Below are positions 46,895 through 58,479 of a stretch of DNA of 64,000 nt, piece after piece. This stretch comes from Eledone cirrhosa (Eukaryota): positions 351,044,001-351,108,000 of the forward strand of contig OZ024741.1 in assembly GCA_964016885.1 (NCBI GenBank), read 5' to 3'. How positions within the stretch are numbered: position 1 is the stretch's first letter; every line of letters begins with the position of its first letter. The translations under genes and the position numbers were made by a program. The notes under the pieces are model-generated. The model was not told the origin of the DNA. It saw only the letters and a list, made by a program, of their open reading frames with translations, and did no database searches.

Positions 46895-47150
46895 AATACC
46901 ATTTATTCTGCGGCAGAGAGCTTCATCTTCCCAGAATCGTAGTACTGGTCATTATTGTATGTGTGTGTTTCTGCGTATATATATATATATGTAGTGTATA
47001 TACGCATTCACATATTTAGAGGTAATATCACGTGACAAATCACATTATTCTTTCAAAAGGAAAAGTTTGGCGCCATTTTTCTCCAGGGAATAACGCGTCA
47101 ACAAACGCAAGAGAAAAGAAGAAGCAAAAGATAAGAAAACGGTAAATAAT
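46895..47150. promoter_or_regulatory. Candidate (bidirectional) Pol II promoter
   Basis: TTCCCAGAATC (ZNF143/Staf-like) at 46928, TCACGTGA at 47028, TTTGGCGCCATTTT (overlapping E2F and YY1 motifs) at 47066, and outward-facing GT donors at 46899 (-) and 47142 (+). Confidence 0.45.
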
Positions 47151-47420
47151 ATCAGTTTCCATTTATTAATATATTGTATATATATATATGTATGTGTGTA
47201 TATATATATATATACAAGTATGTACACGTACATACATATATATATACATACATACATGCACACATATATATATATATATGTACGTATGGATTCACCGAAC
47301 ATTTATTATATATACATACTACTGTACGTCTGTATACATATATGTATGTACGTGTACATACATATATTTAAGTAACAGCCGTACTAAGAGTGGGAAATGA
47401 AATTTCGTTTCATTTTTTCC

Positions 47421-47493
<73 letters not shown>

Positions 47494-47498
<5 letters not shown>

Positions 47499-47590
47499 AG
47501 AATCTAAATTATGTTAATTTTAAATCTAACTACCCCACTAACATTAAAAATGCTATAGTTAGTAATATTGGAAAAAGAATATCAAACCTA
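47494..47590 (+). mobile_element. Naiad-like PLE ORF, left piece (RT thumb)
   Basis: NENLNYVNFKSNYPTNIKNAIVSNIGKRISNL; continues in frame at 49160. Confidence 0.85.
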
Positions 47591-47866
47591 TCTATATCCT
47601 ACTAAAACTCTGATCTTAATTGCTTGCTTGCACACACTTTCTCTCTCTATATCATATTTGTGTATATACAGGTTGTCCCCCCAAAAAATGTATACCCACT
47701 TTGATTGCCTATACATGCATTATTTGTTAGGATGGTGTATACATTTTTCGGGACACCGGTATTATTATATATATATATATAGTGTCCCCGAAAAATGTAT
47801 ACACACTTTGATTACCTGTACAGGCAATATATATATTAGAATGGTGTATACATTTTTAGGGACCCC

Positions 47867-47905
<39 letters not shown>

Positions 47906-49159
47906 TGTCCCCGAAAAATGTATACACACTTTGATTACCTGTACAGGCAATATATATATATTAGAATGGTGTATACATTTTTAAGGACCCCGGTATATAT
48001 ATATATGGTGTCCCCGAAAAATGTATACACACTTTGATTACCTGTACAGGCAATATATATATTAGAATGATGTATACATTTTTAGGGACCCCGGTATATA
48101 TATATATATATATATGGTGTCCCCGAAAAATGTATACACACTTTGATTACCTGCACAGGCAATATATATATATTAGAATGGTGCATACATTTTTAGGGAC
48201 TCCGGTATCTATATACTACTAAAACTCTGATCTTGATTGCTTGCTTGCACACACTTTCTCTATATATATATGTTCATATTTGTGTATATACAGGTTGTCC
48301 CCCCAAAAATGTATACCCACTTTGATTGCCTATACATGCATTATTTGTTAGGATGGTGTATACATTTTTAGGGACCCCGGTATTATATATATATATAGTG
48401 TCCCCGAAAAATGTATACACACTTTGATTACCTGTACAGGCAATATATATATTAGAATGGTGTATACATTTTTAGGGACCCCGGTATATATATGTATATA
48501 TGGTGTCCCCGAAAAATGTATACACACTTTGATTACCTGTACAGGCAATATATATTAGAATGGTGTATCCATTGTTAGGGACCCCGGTATATATATATAC
48601 GGTGTCCCCGAAAAATGTATACACACTTTGATTACCTGTACAGGCAATATATATATTAGAATGGTGTATACATTTTTAGAGACCCAGGTATATATATATA
48701 TATATGGTGTACCCGAAAAATGTATACACACTTTGATTACCTGTACAGGCAATATATATATTAGAATGGTGTATACATTTTTAGGGACACCGGTATATAT
48801 ATATATATGGTGTCCCCTAAAAATGTATACAGACTTTGATTACCTGTACAGGCAATATATATATTAGAATGGTGTATACATTTTTAGGTACACCGGTATA
48901 TATATATATATATATGGTGTCCCGGAAAAATGTATACACACTTTGATTACCTGTACAGGCAATATATATATTAGAATGGTGTATACATTTTTAGGGACCC
49001 CGGTATATATATATGGTGTCCCCGAAAAATGTATACACACTTTGATTACCTGTACAGGCAATATATATATATATATATATGGTGTCGAGGAAAAATGTAT
49101 ACACACTTTGATTACCTGTACTAGACTACTCGTGACCCGTTGGGTCACGAGTAGTCTAG
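47591..49159 (+). mobile_element. Non-autonomous Helitron carrying a tandem MITE array (two 5' ends, one 3' end)
   Basis: A|TCTATAT.CTACTAAAA at 47591 and 48208; 19-bp perfect hairpin at 49120-49160 ending CTAG|T; no TSD. Confidence 0.88.
47669..49120. repeat. Tandem array of about 12 full and 2 half ~90-bp hairpin (Tc1-type MITE) units separated by variable (TA)n
   Basis: GGTGTCCCCGAAAAATGTATACAC-[loop]-GTGTATACATTTTTAGGGACCCC repeated. Confidence 0.95.
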
Positions 49160-50590
49160 TCATTTAATAAAAATATCTTTGATGCTAACGCCAATTACTT
49201 TAATAATGCGCTTTCTAAAGCCGGTTATCCTGATAAAATCAAATACAGTAAAGAAACCAATCCTAGAAGATCTTACAATAAAATAATTAATTATGATCAT
49301 TCCAATAACATAAATAAAAGACCTAGATACAAAAATATAATCTGGTATAATGCTCCTTTCTCTATTTCTATTAATAATAATATTCCTAAATTATTCTTTA
49401 GTGCCTTAAATATATGCTTCCCTCCCTCACATATCTATAGTAAAATATTTAACAAACATACAATAACATTTTCCTATTCCACCTCCTCCAACATCTCCAA
49501 CATTATCTCTAAACACAACAATAAAATATTAAATACTAAATCACTTCCTTCCAACACTGAATGTCATAATAATAGCAGTAGTACTCCCGACGTCATTGTT
49601 AACTCTAGGCTAGTTTCTGCAAACTCAAATACCACGTCAAACGTAACTTCGTTCTTAATACCAATCTAAATCAGGAAACTATTATTCCTATCGTAAATAA
49701 CTTCTCCAATCCAATTCCTCCTATAGATAACACTAGGTCACTTGTTAATAACTCTGTTAATTTCTCTAATCGCAATTGTAATTGCCCTGTTAAAAATAAA
49801 TGTCCTCTCAACAACCATTGTCTTGAAAAAACTTAGTTGTTGAAGAATATATGAAACTTAGATGTTGAAGAATATATGAAAGAACTGCTTGATTCTTCTG
49901 ACTCCCAAGTACAGATATTTCTAAATCATTTACTTAAAGAATGGAAGACACCTGTGATAAAACAACTTGTCAACTCTAAACAGTCGACCAAACAAACCAG
50001 TGCCAGTAATTCTAATAATCGACAAAAAACTCAGACACTACCATCTAAACTTTCCAACAATACAGAACCTTCCAAAAATATACCCATCTTTCTACCTTAT
50101 TTCAATATTATTTATTATACATTATATAATACTAGTTACTCATTCTATATCATTCCTATTTATCACTTTCCTTTCTTCCCCTTTTCTTTTAATTTCTAAC
50201 CTCTAATCTGTACTTTTTCTTCCTAACTACTTCTCAATTCTTATTATTACTCACCACCACATATCCACTCTTCCATCTTTCTTCATATCATTGGCCATAA
50301 AAATTATTATTACCTTTTAAATACTTTATAGCATTACCTTTAAAAATCCTTCGTAAACAAACATTTTTTGACGTTAGATTATTCCTCCTCAATTCATTAT
50401 ATTTTTCTCCCCTTCATGCTCGTCTGACTTTTACATATCACACATCACAATACATAAAAACAAACTTAAACCCTAACTAATCTCCTTTATTACATTATAT
50501 TATTACCATTCGAAAATACTTCATAAACATATATATTTTGATGTTAGAGTCTTCTCTTCCTTAAACACTATTTTCTTCTTTGCTTTCTGC
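49160..50590 (+). mobile_element. Naiad-like PLE, right piece (thumb/linker, start of zinc knuckle, 3' UTR)
   Basis: SFNKNIFD..YFNNALSKAGY..KNIIWYNAPFS..FPPSHIYSKIFNK..SYS..KHNNKIL; NCNCPVKNKCPLNNHCL. Confidence 0.88.
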
Positions 50591-50594
50591 GCTC

Positions 50595-51065
50595 ATTTGT
50601 AAATGAACAATAATAATTCTTAGGGGTATAAAAACCCTAGAAAATGCTATTTTCATCATTTTTAAAAATAGCAAACCAATTGATGCTTTGAATAGGGCCA
50701 AATAGAAGTCGTTAGACATGCCCAACCAACCGTGATGCCTAAACCAATCAGCTTCAGTAATCCAGTGAAACTACACACCGATTGGTCGAAATACAGTTTG
50801 CAAAATTTAGCATTCTGTAGTCGCTTTTCACTGTATATAAGGCACAAAATTTACCCATCTCATTACAGTTGAAAATTGTAAACTTGACTTTCACCACAGA
50901 ATTTGAACCTGAAGATTGCGAAAGCATGAAATTACTTGTTCAATTAACACTTAACACTTAATATTCGACCATACTATTTCATTCTAATACCATTATAATT
51001 TTAAAGGATTGTAAATGAAACGAGTAAATCAGACAAAGTTGGAATTCCTTTTATTAATATAATCT
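50595..51065 (+). mobile_element. PLE pLTR-like terminal segment (endonuclease end, CCAAT/TATA, hammerhead)
   Basis: KTLENAIFIIFKNSKPIDALNR* resembles a GIY-YIG C-terminus; CCAAT near 50677 and 50743, ATTGG near 50780, TATATAA near 50834. Confidence 0.6.
50903..50943 (+). ncRNA. Ultra-minimal type I hammerhead ribozyme motif
   Basis: TTGAAC-CTGAAGA-TTGC(GAAA)GCAT-GAAA-TTAC-TT-GTTCAA; 6-bp stem I, GNRA-capped stem II, weak stem III. Confidence 0.72.
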
Positions 51066-51089
51066 TCTATACACAATCATACACACCCG

Positions 51090-51101
51090 TGTATATTTAT
51101 T

Positions 51102-51132
<31 letters not shown>

Positions 51133-51150
51133 GTATATTTATTTATATAT

Positions 51151-51248
<98 letters not shown>

Positions 51249-51282
51249 TTATTTATATATATGTATGTATATATATATATAT
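51090..51282. repeat. (TA)n tract
   Basis: Directly visible. Confidence 0.95.
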
Positions 51283-51464
51283 AGCTTTTAAGCTATTTTG
51301 TAGTATCTCTGTTCAGGAACACACCACTTATATTAAACTGGAGCTTTGTAAAAGTCTGAGAGATTGTCTACATAGGTTTTATATATATTTTTTTTGTTTA
51401 GATGGAAGACAAAACAAAGAAGATGAATACAAAGATGAAGAAGATAAAGATAAAGATGAAGAAC

Positions 51465-51680
51465 CTCACTGCACAATACCACACTGCACAACACCGCAGT
51501 GCACCGCACCACACTACATAAAAACATACAACACTACACCACATAACACAACACAACACACTACACCACACCACACCACACCACAACACACCACACCTCA
51601 CTACATCACACCACATAAAAACACACCTCACTACTCCACTTCACATAAAAACACACCACACTACTCCATACCACATAACA
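51465..51680. repeat. Degenerate (CACCA)n pentamer tract (also 52820-53160, 53455-53520, 54150-54320, 58425-58620)
   Basis: Directly visible. Confidence 0.85.
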
Positions 51681-52029
51681 CCCAAAATTTTTTCCTCATC
51701 TTTTTTTCATCTGTTATCAACTAATCTGATCTCCAAGATGTTTGTTACTGACTCTCTCTTCATGGAAAACTTAGGTGGATGCACTTCTCTCATTTAACCC
51801 CAGAGTTTTCTCTAAGATTTTTCGTATGTTATCAACGAATATGACCTCCAAACCAGTTGGAAATGATTAGTTGTTCTAGAAAAAAGGAGGGGTAAAGCGG
51901 GTGGAAAAACCATTGTCGTTTTGTAGATATATACCCTAATGATTTTTCTTCGGTCTCCTTTTGAGTGCTATCAACTAATCTGACCTTTTAGTTGCTCTGA
52001 ATCAATTTTTTTTCCTGGGATTTGGAAAC

Positions 52030-52422
52030 TAAAACTAAATTAAACATAAAATTAAATCTAGCCCCAACACTAAATCTAAACCAAACCAAGCTAAATCTAA
52101 ATATAAACATTACCCAACCCTTAAACTAAACCCTAAACTATACCCCAACCATAAAACTAAACCCTAAACATTACCCCAACCCTAAACATTACCCCAACCC
52201 TAAAACTAAACCCTAAACTTTACCTCAACCCTAAAACTAGACCCTAAACATTACCCCAAACCTAAAACTAAATCCCAAACCTAAAACTAAACCCTAAACT
52301 TTACCCCAACCCTAAACTTTACCCCAACCCTAAACATTACCCCAACCCTAAAACTAAACCCTAAACTTTACCCCAACCCTAAAACTAAACCCCAAACATT
52401 ACCCCAACCCTAAACCTAACCC
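52030..52422. repeat. Telomere-like AACCCT/CCCTAAA minisatellite (~30-bp unit)
   Basis: accccaaccctaaaactaaaccctaaacatt repeated with variants. Confidence 0.85.
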
Positions 52423-54359
52423 AGGGAAATAAGTTGATTGGAAGCATCTAGGAGGTCAGATTAATTAATAGCACAGGAAATAGCACAGGAAATAACATAG
52501 GAAATAGCATAGGAAATAGCACAGGAAATATACCGAAAATGATTAAGTCCCACAACATGTGAGTGGGGTGTAGATCTGCAAAACTGTTACCCTCTCCCTC
52601 TCCTCTTTCTCCAAAGCTAGTTGTTTTTGACTGGTTTGGAAGTCATATTCACTGATAACGCATGAAAATAGAATCAAAGAGAAAATTCCGAGTAAGCAGG
52701 GGTTATCCGGGTGAAGGGGGAACCACCTCACCCCGCCGTTTTCCTGGGGGGAAAAAGTCAGTTTCAAGCATCTTGGAGATTGGATTAGTTGATAGCACAT
52801 GAAAAATAGGATGAAAAAATTTCACATCACATCACACCACATCAAATCACTCCGCACGCCATCACACTACGTCTCGTCTCACCTCGCCTCATTTCACCAC
52901 GCCACGCCACATTTCAGCACATCACATCACATTTCACCATGCCACGCCACATCACATCACATGCCATCACACCACATGCAACCACACTACATCCCACCAC
53001 ACTCCACTACACCATATCCCCCACCCTACATTGAACCACACTCCACTACACCACACCACTGTCCACTACATTAAACCACACTCCACTACACTACACCACG
53101 CCACTGTCCACTACACTAAACCACACCACACTAAACCAAACCACACCACACCACTGTCTATTCGACTGTTTTCTATTTCGTAGGTATGTCCAGTTACAGT
53201 AAGAGAAAGAAAGTTATTTCAAAGGATCTGAGTAAGTAAACACTTCATTGACCATCATTTTAAGCAGAATCTCAGTCTAGTTTTAAATTGACCTTTTCAT
53301 ATGATTACACCTCAGTCTTAACTTAATCACCTGTAGATGGATGCTACATGTAATGTTAAAATTAGTTAAACACCGTTTCCCTCTTCCCATCACATGTGGA
53401 TGCTACATGTGTATTGTTAACATTAATCTAACGTTGTGTCTCCCCCCCCCCCCGCCTCACCATATCATACCACACCACATCACACCATGTTGTACCACAC
53501 CACATAACACCATGCTATACCATATATATATATGAGCTCCCCACTCGTTATATTAACTGTATCTCCTCGGTGTTTCGTGAAAGTCTGAGAGATCAGCTAT
53601 ATATTTGTTTACAATTTTTTTTTTATTTAGGTGGAAAAGAAGAAAAAGACGAAGCAGACGACTAAAATGAAAATGACAACAAAGACAAAGAAGACACGGG
53701 AAACGAAGATGACGAAAAGAAGAAAGTATGATCTCAGTTCAGTCTAAACCTAATGATTTATAGATATGATCTTAGTTCAGTCTTAACCTAATGACCTGTA
53801 GATAGGATCTATTTAGGTTTAACTTAAACATTCAAAGATATTTGTATATACTTTTGTTGATGTTTGACATTGTTTTTTAGTTATGAAATAGCTTATAAGC
53901 TACATTATAGGATCACAGTGCATGAGCACACTGCTCTTTAAATTAACTTTATCTCCTCAGCACTTTGTAAAGTCTGAGAGATAGGCAACATATATGTTTT
54001 ACATTCTTTGTTTTTGGTATTTAGATGGCACAGGAGAAGTCAAAGGCACAGAAGAAGTCAAAGGCACAGAAGCAGTCAAAGAAAATGAACAAGAAGAACA
54101 ATTATTATTACTATTATTATTGTTATTATTATTTGTATTATTATAATCAAACTAAGCCACACTACATCAACCTATACCATACCACACCACACTACGAAAC
54201 ACTGTACGACCTCACATCAGACCATGCTATGAAACAATATACCATACTACACTATACAACAATAGACAACACTACACAAGACTATGAAACACTATACTTT
54301 ACCACACTATATCACACCACTCAAGTTAGAGAGGATCAACTTTTTTCGTGGAAAGTAGA

Positions 54360-57300
54360 AAACCTAACTTTAAGCTAAAACCGAACTTTAAAAATAACAC
54401 TTACCCTAACACTTGCACTCACACATGCTCTAACAGTGAACTTAGCGCTAACATGAAAACTAACACAAACACAAAATCTGAAAACTAACATTAAATAGAA
54501 AACTAACACAAACACTAACACTAAAACTGACACTAACACTAACCTGAACACCAGCACTAAAACTAACACTACCGTAAACACTAATACAAACACTAACACT
54601 AACCTGAACACTTACACTAAAACTAACATTAGCACAAACATTAGCCTGAACACTAGCACTAAAACTAACACTACCATAAACACTAACACTGACCTGAGCA
54701 CTAACACTAAAAGTAACACTAACACAAACACTAATTTGAAAACTGATACTAACCAGAAAACTAAGCTAACATTAACTTCAACACTAAAACAAACACTAAC
54801 GCTAACAGAGATACTAACACAAATATTAACACAAAAACAAACACTAACACAATCTCTAACACTAAAACTAACATTAACTTGAACACTAACTCTAACCTGA
54901 AAACTAAGCTAACATTAACCTGAACACTAACATAAACACTAATGCTAACACTAACAGAAATACTAATGCTAACATTAACACAAAAACAAAGACTAGCGCT
55001 AACACAATCACTAACACTAATGGAAACATCAAACACTAATGCTAACAGAGATACTAACACAATCTCTAACACTAACCTTATCACTAAAACTAACACTAAC
55101 ACTAACCTGAACACTTACACTAAAACTAACATTAACCTGAACACTAACAGAAATACTAATGCTAACATTAACACAAAAACAAAGACTAACGCTAACACAA
55201 TCACTAACACTAATGGAAACATCAAACACTAATGCTAACAGAGATACTAACACAATCTCTAACACTAACCTTAACACTAAAACTAACACTAACCTGAACA
55301 CTTACACTAAAACTAACATTAACCTGAACACTAACACTAACAGAAATACTAATGCTAACATTAACACAAAAACAAAGACTAACGCTAACACAATCACTAA
55401 CACTAATGGAAACATCAATCACTAATGCTAACAGAGATACTAACACAAATATTAACACAAAAACAAATACTAACACTAACACAATCTCTAACACTAACCT
55501 TAACACTAAAACTAACTTGAACACTAACCTTAACACTAAAACTAACTTGAACACTAACACTAACCTGAACACTAACACTAAAACTAACATTAACCTGAAC
55601 ACTAAAACTAACAGAGATACTAACACAAATATTAACACAAAAACAAACACTAACATAATCTCTAACACTAACACTAACTTGAAAACTAAGCTAACATTAA
55701 CCTGAACACTAACACAAACACTCATGCTAACACTAACAGAAACACAAAAACAAAGACTAACGCTTACGCAATCACTAACACTAATGGAAACATCAATCAC
55801 TAATGCTAACAGAGATACTAACACAAATATTAACACAAAAACAAACACTAACACAATCTCTAACACTAACACTAAAACTAACACTACCATAAACAGTAAC
55901 ACAAACACTAACACTGATCTGAGCACCAACAGTAACACTAACACGAAAACTGATACTAACCAGAAAACTAAGCTAACATTAACCTCAACACTAAAACAAA
56001 CACTAACATTAACAAAAAAATAAAGACTAGCACTAACTCTAATGGAAACACTAACACAAACATTAACACAAAATAAAACACTAACACTAAAACTGACATT
56101 AACACGAACATTAACCTGAACACTAACACTACCACTAAAACTAACACTACCATAAACCACTAACCTGAGCACTAACACTAAAAGTAACATGAGCCCTAAC
56201 CTGAAAACTAACACTAACCAGAAAACTAAGTCAACATTAACCTGAACACTAACACTAACAAAAATGCTAACACTAATACAAAATCAAACACTAACACGAA
56301 CACTAATGGAAACACTAACGCCAAAGCTGATATTGACGAAGATGGCTATGCTGGCACAAACGCTAGCGCAAATGTTGACACAATCGCTTACGCTGACACA
56401 AACACTAACGTGAATACTGATGTAGGTGCAAAGGCGAATGCTGAAAAGACTGACGCACACGCTGATGTAAATGCTACACAGACTCTAACGCTGATGTAGA
56501 CTTTGACAAATGCTCACGCTGATGCAAACACTAAAGTAAATGCAAACACAGACACAAATATTGATGCAGATGTTAAAGCAAATGCAAATGATGACAGCGA
56601 TGCTAATGTGAACCTTAACGCAGACGTAAACATTGACGTAGAAGCTAAAGGAAACACTGATGCAAACACTAATGAAAATGCTGACACAGACGCTGACACA
56701 GACGCTAACACACGTTAACACAGATGCTAACGTAAACACTGACACAGATGCTAATATAAACACTGACGCAGATGCTAACACACGTTGACACAGACGCTAA
56801 TGTAAACGATGACGTAGAAGCTAACGTAAACGCTGACGCAGACGCAAATGTAAACGCTGACGCTGATGTAGATGTAAATACAGACACTGACGTAGAAGCT
56901 AACACAAACACTGACGTAGAAGCTAATGTAGATGCTGACGTAGAAGCTAACGTAAACGATGACGTAGATGTTAACGTAGACGCTGACGTAGAAGCTAACG
57001 TAGATGCTGACGTAGAAGCTAACGTAAACGCTGATGTAGTTGTTACGTAGAAGCAGGCGTAGAAGTTACCGTTTACCCTTACCGCCGAAGCTGATCTCCA
57101 AAACGCAATTGCTGATGCGGATTGCTGAAGCCAAAGCCAAGCTAACGCTGACGCAAATGTTGAGGCAGTTTTGCCGGCGCTGACGTGTATGCTGATGCGG
57201 ACGCTAGGGCTAAGGCTCAGGCTGATGCAAATGCTTACATGGGATATGCAGACGCTGCAATGATGCGGACGCCACAGGAAAGGTTGATGGAAACACTAAT

Positions 57301-58305
57301 GCTAACGGAAAATGCTGACGTAGACGTTACGGAAACGCTGACGTAGAAGCTAACATAAACGCTGACACAGATGCTAACGTAAACACTGACGTTAACTGAA
57401 ACGCTGACACTGATGTAGATGTAAATACTGACGCTGACACAGACGTGGTCGGAAACGCTGACGTAGAAGCTAACGGAAACACTGACATAGATGCTAACGG
57501 AAACGCTGACGTAGAAGCTAACGGAAACACTGACATAGATGCTAACGGAAACGCTGACGTAGAAGCTAACGGAAACGCTGACGTAGAAGCTAACGGAAAC
57601 ACTGACATAGATGCTAACGGAAACGCTGACGTAGAAGCTAACGGAAACACTGACACAGACGCTAACGGAAATGCTGACAAAGACGTTAAAGGAAACGCTG
57701 TCGCTAATGCTAATGCTAATGTGAATGCTGATGCAGATGCTGACACAAATGCTAACCCCTACACAAATGCAAACGCTGATGCTAACACTGACTCAAACAC
57801 TAATGCAAATGCTGACGTGCACGTTGATGAAAACGCTGACACTGAGGGAAATGCTGACACTGACACAAGTGCTGACGCGGACGCTAATGATAATGCTGAC
57901 TCAGAAGCTGACGTAGACGTAGGCACTGAAACAAACACTAATGTTGACTCAGACACTAAGGGAAATGCTGACACAATCACTATCACCAATGCAGACGCTG
58001 ACGCAAATGCTGACACTTACGCAAACACTAAGGCTAATCCAAACACTAATGCAGATGCTAACACCAGTCTACATAGACACTAACACAAAAGCTTACATAG
58101 ACGTTTATGCAAATGCTAACGCTGATGCAGACAGTAACGCAAACAGTAACTGTAAGAGTAACAGTTACAGTAACACTAACAGTAACACTAACAGTGACAG
58201 TAATGCTAACAGTGACAGTAATGCTAACAGTAACACAGTCACTAACAATAAACTTACCATTAACAGTAAAACTTACCCTAACACTAACCCTAAATCTAAC
58301 ATTAA
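54360..58305 (+). repeat. Hexamer-periodic cryptic repeat (ACTAAC to GCTGAC/GCTAAC to AGTAAC) with ~190-bp and 24/48-bp higher-order units
   Basis: Directly visible; the ORF track shows TNTN, ADVEANGN and SNSN frames broken by frameshifts. Confidence 0.9.
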
Positions 58306-58479
58306 TCCAGAGAAAAAAGTAATTTGCAATCACATTTAAGGTCACTCTTTAAGATATAGAAGATAGGCATTACATTTTAATGATTTTAATTTAAAGAGAA
58401 TCACGCTATACGATGCAACACGATAACACACCACACCACACTAACCTACACTACACCAAACCAGATTATACCATACCTT

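Noticed and set aside
47669-49120. CRISPR-like appearance of regularly spaced palindromic repeats
   Set aside because: The loops are identical rather than unique spacers, there are no cas genes, the context is eukaryotic, and the units are MITE-like.
55222-56214. 330-aa hydrophobic VLVL ORF resembling a membrane protein
   Set aside because: Antisense translation of the (ACTAAC)n repeat.
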